This document shows positions 8,525-15,982 of a DNA stretch of 64,000 bases, piece by piece. The stretch's first letter is position 1. The number at the start of each line of letters is the position of its first letter. The DNA is from Desulfocapsaceae bacterium. GTDB taxonomy: Bacteria; Desulfobacterota; Desulfobulbia; Desulfobulbales; Desulfocapsaceae. The stretch is taken from assembly GCA_028697885.1 (NCBI GenBank), contig JAQVER010000001.1, positions 19,970 through 83,969 on the forward strand. The letters are read 5' to 3'. Position numbers and translations under genes: made by a program. The notes under the pieces are model-generated. The model was not told the origin of the DNA, ran no database searches, and saw only the letters and a list, made by a program, of their open reading frames with translations.

Positions 8525-10303
8525 ATGGAGCCAAATGAGGCTGTATCCTTATTTTATCACGGGTATCTGCACAACATCTGTGAGGAAAAATCACATCTCA
8601 GCGCTGATTGTCCTTTCTGTCAAAAGCAGGGTAGAGACTATAGTGGCCGTTTGGTCGTATCTCTCAATAAGGCTGGTTTTTTTTATGGATATTTCCGCTG
8701 TCTGAATCATTGCGTGCCTGGCGGCTTTCCGCTCTGGTTTGCCAGGTTGATGGGAATCAACCCTGTTGATGTTCCAGGGTATGACCCTGATCGGGAACTT
8801 TTTTTAAGAAAGATAGATTATCCGATAGTCAATATCAATAATGAAATTAAGTTGTATCAGGACAGGCTCAGTGGAGAAATTCTAGCCCGCTTTCAGAAGG
8901 CGGGGATCGGTCCAGCTGTCCTTGCAGAGTTGAAAATTGGCTTTAATGGCCGTTATCTTGTCTATCCCTATGTGCAGGACGATGGCAATTGCTATGCCGC
9001 TCGTTGTGTCTTCCCAGAGAGGAAGGAAGATTTTTTCTGGCATGGCGATGAACAATTTTTTGGTGATCAGCACCATGTCTTTAATCTTCAGGATCTTCAG
9101 CGGTGTGAGAATGGTGCACTTTTTGTCTGTCAAGGAGAGGAAAATCTTCTTGCTCTGAAGCAGCTCGGCTTCCCCGGTGTTGCTGTTCCTGACTGCCACA
9201 GTCTGGAGGCTCTTGCTTCGGAGCATTTTTCCTTTGTGCATACCGTTTTTATTGTCATGGAGAATAATGCTGAAGCAGAGGCTGCGGCGCGCAGTGTTGC
9301 TGCCAGAATTGGCTATAAGGCCCGTCTCTTCAGGTGGCCAGCTTCTCTTGCAAAAGATTATAGTCTGTGGCAATTGGCCTGTGACAAGGGAAAGGATTTT
9401 AAGGCGGCTGTTTCGTCGATGATCCAGGCGTCCAGCGCCTTTTCGCCGTTCGCCAGTCCAAGGCGGGAGTATGATCGTTTTCTGGAGCAGCTGGCCTTGG
9501 AATCCGGTTCTGCTTATGGTGCTCTCAGCTCCGGGTTTCCTCAATTTGATCAGGCTCTGGAGGGCGTTCATGGAATTAATATTATCGGTGGTGCACCTAA
9601 ATCCGGAAAATCCATTTTTGCTATCCAGATTGCCACTGATATGGCACAGCGAAAGGTGCCGGTGCTCTATTATGATTTTGAGAATGGCAGACAGAAGATC
9701 TATCAACGGACCTTGAGCCGCTTGAGTCGTTTATCCACCGGCGATATCAAAAATGGTGTTGCAAGAGGTGTGGTCGGTCAAGATCTTGATCGTGCTCGCC
9801 AGGATTTTCAAGATATTCTCAGTTCTTTCCGAGTTGTAAATGATCGGAAACTTAACTCTGAGATCATGCGTCGTCATATAGACTTCATCCGTCATGAGAC
9901 TCGGAGTGATTATACAGTGGTGGTGATTGACAGTCTGCATAAGTTGCCTTTTAAAGATTTTACCGAGCAACGCTCTGGGATTGACGCCTGGTTGCGACAA
10001 CTGGAGGCTATCCGGGATGAGCTGCAGGTCTCTTTTGTGATCATCTCTGAATTGTCGCGGGGAGTTGGTGATGGTTATACGGATATGCCCCATATGGGAG
10101 TTTTTAAAGGTTCCGGAGATATTGAGTATAGTGCTGATAATGCCCTGGTCCTTGCCCCTGAGTGGGATTCTCTGGGGGCAGTCGTTAAAGAGCAACGGCA
10201 GAATAAGCTGTGGCTGGTGGCCAGTCGTGAACACAGTCCCGGCCTTGTGGCAAGGTATCGTCTGGATTATCCTTATTGGGGATTTGTGGAGCTGAATGAG
10301 TAG
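8525..10303 (+). CDS. T7 gp4/Twinkle-like protein: N-terminal Cys4 zinc ribbon, Toprim-like domain with substituted acidic residues, C-terminal DnaB-family (RecA-fold) ATPase
   Basis: The zinc ribbon is CPFC...CLNHC (8609-8713). Toprim-like elements are FVCQGEENLL (9128-9145) and IVMENNAEAEAAARSVA (9254-9274) where DxD..AG is expected. Walker A is GGAPKSGKS (9587-9613) and Walker B-like is VVVIDSLHKL. DnaB-like motifs are ISELSRGV and FKGSGDIEYSADNALVL. Confidence 0.8.
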   Translation: MEPNEAVSLFYHGYLHNICEEKSHLSADCPFCQKQGRDYSGRLVVSLNKAGFFYGYFRCLNHCVPGGFPLWFARLMGINPVDVPGYDPDRELFLRKIDYPIVNINNEIKLYQDRLSGEILARFQKAGIGPAVLAELKIGFNGRYLVYPYVQDDGNCYAARCVFPERKEDFFWHGDEQFFGDQHHVFNLQDLQRCENGALFVCQGEENLLALKQLGFPGVAVPDCHSLEALASEHFSFVHTVFIVMENNAEAEAAARSVAARIGYKARLFRWPASLAKDYSLWQLACDKGKDFKAAVSSMIQASSAFSPFASPRREYDRFLEQLALESGSAYGALSSGFPQFDQALEGVHGINIIGGAPKSGKSIFAIQIATDMAQRKVPVLYYDFENGRQKIYQRTLSRLSRLSTGDIKNGVARGVVGQDLDRARQDFQDILSSFRVVNDRKLNSEIMRRHIDFIRHETRSDYTVVVIDSLHKLPFKDFTEQRSGIDAWLRQLEAIRDELQVSFVIISELSRGVGDGYTDMPHMGVFKGSGDIEYSADNALVLAPEWDSLGAVVKEQRQNKLWLVASREHSPGLVARYRLDYPYWGFVELNE

Positions 10304-10476
10304 GAGAGAGTGCGGAGTAATGTTATTATTCGGTGAAGAGAGTGGTCAAAGATTATTGTATTCCATTTTATGAAGAGATATAGTAAAAAAATGTGTTATG
10401 GGTTGTCTTCTCAATGTTTGTTGTATTGAGTATTGGGTTGGTGAAGGGAATAATGAAAAGAGTAGAGGACTAAAGA

Positions 10477-11160
10477 ATGCGACGAATAACTACTGGTATT
10501 GTGGCTGGTCTGCTCCTGCTAAGCGCTCATCATGCGCAGGCCTTTGATGAAAAAGGAGGAAATGCGCTTTGGGGCAAATATGCCATCCAAACATGTCGAT
10601 CCTGCCATAAAGAAAAAGGGTTGAGCAGTCTGGAGCCAGATGAAAAGAGCGCTGCGGAGTGGGAATCGTTTTTTGTCGATCGGTATAAGAAATTGCGGGA
10701 TATGAACCATGATTTCTCAGCAATAGGGATTAATGAACGTCAGTTGGAAAATATTCATCGTTACCTGCTTGAAGATTCAATGAAAAGAGAGGCTGGCAAG
10801 GCTCCTGAGACCACTGCGTTAAAAACCATTGGGGCAAAGCCTAAAAAGGTGCTGGCAGAGGATGACGAAAAAATGGAGGGGGCTGGTCTGTTTAATGCTT
10901 CCGCTGGAGATGCTAGGAAGGGGCGCTATGTTTTTCGAAGGTGTCTGACCTGCCATAAAAAAAATGATGCGCCGATTATCAGTCCTGCTGATCGAACCAA
11001 GGCGGCCTGGGATCGTTATTTTGCCAATGATTTTAAAAAATTGAAAAAAGATATGCCCAAGTTTGATACCTACGGGTTTACTATTGGTCAGATGGAGCAT
11101 TTGCATCAGTTTGTTCTGGAGTACGCACTGGATGCATCAAGACCTAAGACCTGTGAATAA
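10477..11160 (+). CDS. Periplasmic diheme c-type cytochrome (internally duplicated)
   Basis: Signal peptide MRRITTGIVAGLLLLSAHHAQA. The two CxxCH motifs are CRSCH (10594-10608) and CLTCH (10942-10956). The halves align: AAEWESFFVDRYKKLRDM..ERQLENIHRYLLE versus KAAWDRYFANDFKKLKKDM..IGQMEHLHQFVLE. Confidence 0.85.
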   Translation: MRRITTGIVAGLLLLSAHHAQAFDEKGGNALWGKYAIQTCRSCHKEKGLSSLEPDEKSAAEWESFFVDRYKKLRDMNHDFSAIGINERQLENIHRYLLEDSMKREAGKAPETTALKTIGAKPKKVLAEDDEKMEGAGLFNASAGDARKGRYVFRRCLTCHKKNDAPIISPADRTKAAWDRYFANDFKKLKKDMPKFDTYGFTIGQMEHLHQFVLEYALDASRPKTCE

Positions 11161-11250
11161 AGAGGGGATCTCGAAAGCTGTTTTTCTTAAAATAGTTTCT
11201 GTCTCAATTTCAGGAAAATGGTAGTTGACAGTGAATGAGCAACGCAGAAA

Positions 11251-11291
11251 GCGAAAGGCCTTTTTACCGGTTTGGTAAAAAGGCCTTTCGC
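11251..11291. terminator. Bidirectional hairpin terminator between convergent genes
   Basis: A perfect 18-bp stem, GCGAAAGGCCTTTTTACC-GGTTT-GGTAAAAAGGCCTTTCGC, lies between the cytochrome stop (11160) and the barrel-protein stop (11333). Confidence 0.7.
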
Positions 11292-11332
11292 TTTGGTGCT
11301 ATTTCTTTATATGAGCGATGCTCTTGTTTTTG

Positions 11333-13057
11333 TTACCAACGATATGCGAGATTGACATAATAGTTCCACATGGTATCGACCACCGGCATAAAGGTGTCCA
11401 GAGATGTCAGCTCTGAGATCTTAACCGGATCACCCATGGGGCTGCCGCTGCCTGAATATTCATAATCATAATATTGGGCGCCAATTGAGAGTACAAGTTT
11501 ATTGTCAACAAAGGGCTGGTTGTAGAATATTTCATATACACTTCCCCGGGTGGCCAGTTTGCTGCCGGCAATGTTGTCCTCGCCACCAGTGAAACCTAGC
11601 CAGTATTGGGAGCCCCAGTTGTATTCGAAGCCAATGGTGCCTTCAGTCCAAGAGACAGGCGCTTTCACACCTGCCCAGATGGAGTAGCCGGTCCGGTCAA
11701 ACTGTTCGCCGTTGCTGTTGAGCAGTCCGTCTGTGCCAAAAAATTGCATCATGGGGCTCATCGATATTCCGGACGGACGGGTATGGCTGAGGGCCAAGTC
11801 GGCGAAGAAACCTATGTCTTTGTATTCAGATTGACCAAGGAGGGTAATAATGTCAATGTCGCCAATGTTGGCCGTAGGTTCTGTTCGACTGATATAGCCG
11901 CCAGTGTTTGCAGTCATGCTGTAGCTATCATAACGGCCATCTCCATTCATATCCATGCCAGACATGGTGAAGGGCATAACCACAAGTCCGGTAAAGCCGT
12001 CTGTGACATCAAAGGCATGGGCGTACATGTTGATGACTTTTGTCTTGTCATTTTCGTAAAGATTGGCTATCCAGCCAGCAAACTGCATGTCCTTGACGTC
12101 CGAGGAGGATGAAAAAGAATAGGAGTTTCCTGACCCGGCACCAGACTCAAAGCCATTTCCCCAGCAGATTTTGAAGGCGGATCCTTCTACGCCAGTTGCT
12201 TCCGCCAGGTTGAATCCCAGGGATGCCCCGTCAAATTGCCAGTTGATGCCGTGTGCCATGGGAGAGCCGCCGACGGTACTGGCATTGCTGAATTCTGAAG
12301 GCGCTCCATCAAGGGCCGGGCGGCGACCGATGGAGAAATGATAGGGTATTCCATTGATATCGTCAAAATAAGTAAAAAAAGCACGTTCCAGACGGAGAGC
12401 TGAATCACTGCCTGTGGAGTGTACATTGCCATCCATGGTAACGGCATTGGGGCCGCCATTATACCATTTGACCCCGGAGGAATCGCCATAGACCTTGTTG
12501 GCGGAAAGCCGTCCAACAAAGGAGAGGGAGTCGGCAGGGCGGGCCTTTAAGTCAACGCGAATCCGGGTGCCAAAGATGGTGTTATTATCGATATCTTGAT
12601 CTTCCGGTGGGGGCAGAGGGCCAAGGGCGCCAAGGGCAGCCTTGGTGAAAGGAGTACCATTGGCCATGCTCATGATGCCATTCTGTAACGATTGCGGCAT
12701 GCCCTTGGCATCCATATGCAGGGAATTCAGTCTGGTTTCAAGATCGGCACTCAGGTTCAGTTTGTCCAGGGTGCTATGTTCTTCGTTGCTGGATACCCGT
12801 TTGTCCAAGTCGTCCAGCTCATCCTGCAGCTCCTGCCCATGACCACCTTGTTTGTTTTGTTGTTCCAGTGAAATTTGCAGCGTTTCTTCAGCAGTTGCCA
12901 GACGCTCATTGAGATCCATGACAATTGCTTTCAGCATCTCGATTTCCTGTACTAGTTCCTGGCTGGCTACAGGGCCGCCGGCAACGGCATCTCCCGGTAG
13001 GCCTTGGAACGATAAAAGTAATGTCGCTAAACTTGCAAGTCCGTAACGTTTTATCAT
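11333..13057 (-). CDS. Putative outer-membrane beta-barrel protein with N-terminal coiled coil (DUF3373-like)
   Basis: Signal peptide MIKRYGLASLATLLLSFQGLPGDAVA. About 90 aa of heptad-like sequence follow (QELVQEIEMLKAIVMDLNERLATAEETLQ). The rest is a long Gly/Ser/aromatic-rich region with alternating pattern, ending in YYVNLAYRW (terminal aromatic residue). Size and layout fit my memory of DUF3373. Confidence 0.7.
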   Translation of the reverse strand: MIKRYGLASLATLLLSFQGLPGDAVAGGPVASQELVQEIEMLKAIVMDLNERLATAEETLQISLEQQNKQGGHGQELQDELDDLDKRVSSNEEHSTLDKLNLSADLETRLNSLHMDAKGMPQSLQNGIMSMANGTPFTKAALGALGPLPPPEDQDIDNNTIFGTRIRVDLKARPADSLSFVGRLSANKVYGDSSGVKWYNGGPNAVTMDGNVHSTGSDSALRLERAFFTYFDDINGIPYHFSIGRRPALDGAPSEFSNASTVGGSPMAHGINWQFDGASLGFNLAEATGVEGSAFKICWGNGFESGAGSGNSYSFSSSSDVKDMQFAGWIANLYENDKTKVINMYAHAFDVTDGFTGLVVMPFTMSGMDMNGDGRYDSYSMTANTGGYISRTEPTANIGDIDIITLLGQSEYKDIGFFADLALSHTRPSGISMSPMMQFFGTDGLLNSNGEQFDRTGYSIWAGVKAPVSWTEGTIGFEYNWGSQYWLGFTGGEDNIAGSKLATRGSVYEIFYNQPFVDNKLVLSIGAQYYDYEYSGSGSPMGDPVKISELTSLDTFMPVVDTMWNYYVNLAYRW

Positions 13058-13069
13058 GAACGCCCCTTC

Positions 13070-13099
13070 GCATGTTGAGGAATCCTGTTATTGCACAGG
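13070..13099 (-). promoter_or_regulatory. Stable hairpin in the 5' UTR of the barrel-protein gene (reads as hairpin+T6 on the + strand)
   Basis: GAATCCTGT-TATTGC-ACAGGATTC followed by TTTTTT, 13-40 nt upstream of start codon 13057. The SD-like GAAGGGG lies between the hairpin and the ATG on the minus strand. Confidence 0.4.
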
Positions 13100-13172
13100 A
13101 TTCTTTTTTAATTAAAAAAAAACTCTTCTCTAACTCTTCCTTAATGATTTCTATAGAGATGCGATGGATTTG

Positions 13173-13228
13173 TCAAGAAGAATCAATAATAAAGCCTCGT
13201 GTAATCAGCTAGTAAAGATTCTTCTTGA
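13173..13228. repeat. 12-bp perfect inverted repeat in a divergent promoter region
   Basis: TCAAGAAGAATC (13173-13184) and GATTCTTCTTGA (13217-13228) are separated by 32 nt, between the divergent genes starting at 13057(-) and 13391(+). Confidence 0.6.
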
Positions 13229-13390
13229 TAATGAAATGGGACCAAATATTATTGATTATGTAATTTTCCGATTTCCATTTCGTCTGTAGTCGTGCTATGT
13301 TGATGATTAATATCAGCAGGCTGGAAGGCCAAAAGATGAATGACTGTAGTGAATGCAGTCATTATTAATGATGCTTCATTGGAGGGAGAA

Positions 13391-14287
13391 ATGGGAATCC
13401 GTGCAAAGTTTATTACCATTATCAGTGTGTTGAGTCTGTTGGCGACGATTGCTATTGGCTACACCAGTTATATGTTCAGTCGTCAGAACGCCTTGGCTGA
13501 TGCCAAAAGTAAAGGGGAGATTCTTTTTAATTATATTGAAGCGAGCGGGACATTTTTTGGTCGATATCAGAAGCCGTTGATTGACGAATTGGTGACGGAT
13601 AAGGATAGATTTATTCCTGAGCTGATGTCAATGTTTGTGGTGAAACGTATGGAGTACGATCTCTTCTCAGAGGCTCAAAAGGGATATCAATTCAAACAGG
13701 CAACTATTGATCCTCTGTGGCCTGATAATAAAGCGGATGCTGATGAACTGAAAGTTATTCAATATTTTGCAAGCAACCCGACTGCCCAGAGTAAGGATGG
13801 AATTGTTGAAAAGGGTGGCGAGCAGTTTTTCTATGCGGCCAAACCGGTCAGGATTGAGAAGGATTTCTGTCTCAATTGTCATGGCGATCCTGCCAGTGCC
13901 CCGAAAGATCAGTTGGATATATATGGTTCAGATCATGGTTATAACTGGAAGCTCGATGATACGGTGGGTGCCTCCATGGTTTATGTCTCCATTTCTCCGG
14001 CCTTGGCATTGGCCAAAAAGTCGGCGTTGAAGGTTTTTATTTTGGGTATCGGTTGTCTGCTGGTGACCATCGTCTGTATCTGGGTTTTCTTTGATAAGGC
14101 GGTGGTAGGACCTATTGTTCGTCTTTCTGAAACGGCGAAGGATATCAGTATCGGTAAGAATCTCTGCGATAGCGTCCATTCCGATGTCAAGGATGAGATT
14201 GGTATTTTGGCTAATTCCATTGATCGGATGCGGATCAGTGTAAATAAATTGTTAAAACGCAGTTGCCCGGATCGAAAACAGGAATAG
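13391..14287 (+). CDS. Membrane protein with periplasmic heme-c DUF3365 (Tll0287-like) sensor domain and cytoplasmic HAMP domain, no output domain
   Basis: The track ORF starts at 13340. I prefer ATG 13391, which is preceded by GGAGGGAG. TM1 is FITIISVLSLLATIAIGY. CLNCH lies at 13868-13882 within FCLNCHGDPASAPKD. TM2 is VFILGIGCLLVTIVCIWVFF. The HAMP is PIVRLSETAKDIS...DEIGILANSIDRMRISV, with a stop about 15 aa later. Confidence 0.75.
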   Translation: MGIRAKFITIISVLSLLATIAIGYTSYMFSRQNALADAKSKGEILFNYIEASGTFFGRYQKPLIDELVTDKDRFIPELMSMFVVKRMEYDLFSEAQKGYQFKQATIDPLWPDNKADADELKVIQYFASNPTAQSKDGIVEKGGEQFFYAAKPVRIEKDFCLNCHGDPASAPKDQLDIYGSDHGYNWKLDDTVGASMVYVSISPALALAKKSALKVFILGIGCLLVTIVCIWVFFDKAVVGPIVRLSETAKDISIGKNLCDSVHSDVKDEIGILANSIDRMRISVNKLLKRSCPDRKQE

Positions 14288-14310
14288 CCTTTGTTGAAAA
14301 AAGATAGGGG

Positions 14311-14347
14311 AAAAGGTCTGTCAGCATGTTGCTGTCAGACCTTTTTT
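14311..14347. terminator. Bidirectional terminator between convergent genes
   Basis: AAAAGGTCTGTCAGCA-TGT-TGCTGTCAGACCTTTTTT, with one internal mismatch. The T-tract overlaps the trmFO stop codon. Confidence 0.65.
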
Positions 14348-15680
14348 ATTGCAACTCGTTCTCATGCTGCCATCTGGCCAGCGCTACCAGGGCTGTGCTT
14401 GCTCTGAGATCACCACGTTGGTGTTTCCCCATCTTGGGCATACTCTTATCCCACTCCGGAAAAAGACCAAAAGTGACATTGGAGGGTTGGAAATGTTTCG
14501 GATCCGATAAGGTCAGATGGGTGATGAGGGCTCCCATGGCTGTCTCCGGAGGCGGAATGACCAGACTTTTACCCGTTAGCATTCTGCTGGCATTGATTCC
14601 GGCCAGTAGGCCCATGGCAGTTGATTCCACATAACCTTCCACCCCTGAAAGCTGTCCGGCCAGGAACAGATCCTGTCTTGATTTGAGTTGCAGGGTCGGC
14701 TCCAGAAGCTCAGGCGCGCAGACAAAGGTGTTGCGATGAATTGACCCGAGACGGGCGAACTCGGCCTCGGCCATGCCCGGGATCATGCGGAAGATACGTT
14801 TCTGTTCCCCATAGGTCAGTTTGGTCTGGAAACCAACAAGGTTGTACAGACTGCCCTGCTTGTTTTCTTTGCGTAACTGGACCACGGCATAGGGCCATCT
14901 GCCGGTGCGCGGGTCATCAAGCCCTACTGGTTTCATCGGCCCGAAACGCAGGGTGTTGTCGCCGCGGCCTACCATGACTTCGATGGGCAGACATCCTTCA
15001 AAGTATTTGACCTCTTCAAACGCCTTTAAAGGGACGGTCTCCGCCTCTTTAAGGGCCGTGATGAAGGCGAAATATTCTTCTTTATTCATCGGGCAGTTAA
15101 GATAGTCGCCAGGTCCGTCATCATAACGTGATTTCAAATAGACAATGTTCATGTCCAGGGATTCGGCATGGACGATCGGGGCTATGGCATCGTAAAAGGC
15201 AAGACGTTCACGTCCGGTTAATTGAGCCAGCGAATCTGCCATGGATTCTGAAGTGAGCGGTCCGGTGGCCAGGATGATCGGGGTGTCGGAAGGAGGTGGA
15301 ATGTCGGTCTGTTCCTGGCGCACAATCTCCACCAAAGGGTGTTGCTTCAGGTGTTTTGTGATCTCTTGGGAAAAATGATCCCGGTTGACGGCCAGGGCCT
15401 TGCCGGCTGGCACGGCTGTCTCTGCTGCCACCAGCATGATGAGAGAACCCAGACGGCGCATTTCTTCTTTTAACAGTCCGACAGCCGAGTTCTGGGCATC
15501 AGAGCGTAGTGAATTGCTGCAGACCATCTCGGCCAGTAGAGGGGAGCTGTGGGCAGGGCTGAATCTGTGGGGCTTCATGTCATAAAGGCGAACGGGGCAG
15601 CCGCGACTTGCTGCCTGCCAGGCGGCCTCGCATCCAGCGAGTCCGCCACCTATGATCTGTATTTGGTTTTTTTTTGTCAT
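14346..15680 (-). CDS. trmFO: Methylenetetrahydrofolate--tRNA-(uracil-5-)-methyltransferase TrmFO (Gid)
   Basis: [21 protein letters not shown] is followed by [20 protein letters not shown]. Length and collinearity are typical of TrmFO. Confidence 0.92.
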   Translation of the reverse strand: MTKKNQIQIIGGGLAGCEAAWQAASRGCPVRLYDMKPHRFSPAHSSPLLAEMVCSNSLRSDAQNSAVGLLKEEMRRLGSLIMLVAAETAVPAGKALAVNRDHFSQEITKHLKQHPLVEIVRQEQTDIPPPSDTPIILATGPLTSESMADSLAQLTGRERLAFYDAIAPIVHAESLDMNIVYLKSRYDDGPGDYLNCPMNKEEYFAFITALKEAETVPLKAFEEVKYFEGCLPIEVMVGRGDNTLRFGPMKPVGLDDPRTGRWPYAVVQLRKENKQGSLYNLVGFQTKLTYGEQKRIFRMIPGMAEAEFARLGSIHRNTFVCAPELLEPTLQLKSRQDLFLAGQLSGVEGYVESTAMGLLAGINASRMLTGKSLVIPPPETAMGALITHLTLSDPKHFQPSNVTFGLFPEWDKSMPKMGKHQRGDLRASTALVALARWQHENELQ

Positions 15681-15982
15681 GATATAAAATATAGGATAAA
15701 AAATTAATTGGCTGAGAATAGTTTGCTTGTGATCTCAGTATCGCAATGAACATTCGTTTTCAGGACTTTGTTTGCCCACTGAAAGAATTATACCGATTTC
15801 TTCAAAAAATAAAATAAATTAGCGGGGGAATAAGATTGATCTCGGTGAGATGTCAGCGGAACAGCAAGCTTGATGGTAAGGTTTGAGCGAAGTGAAAGAG
15901 CTTCACTTCGCTCGGAGGATGACTGTGATGGGCTTTCAGAGTCTTGCCGATCTTCATGTCGCAAGTAACTAAAAAAATAATA

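Noticed and set aside
8882-9706. A 274-aa minus-strand ORF inside the primase-helicase-like gene.
   Set aside because: It is antisense to an ORF with collinear zinc-ribbon, Toprim and DnaB motifs. It has no motifs of its own.
5083-10303. Calling the gp4-like gene and its neighbour a prophage, plasmid remnant or mobile element.
   Set aside because: I saw no integrase, transposase, att-like direct repeats, tRNA target or phage structural genes in or around the region. Codon style looks similar to the neighbours, so a mobile_element feature is not supportable from this window alone.
15893-15921. The hairpin GAGCGAAGTGAA-AGAGC-TTCACTTCGCTC downstream of the diguanylate cyclase gene.
   Set aside because: On the minus (transcribed) strand it is followed by AAACC rather than a U-tract, so I cannot support a terminator call.
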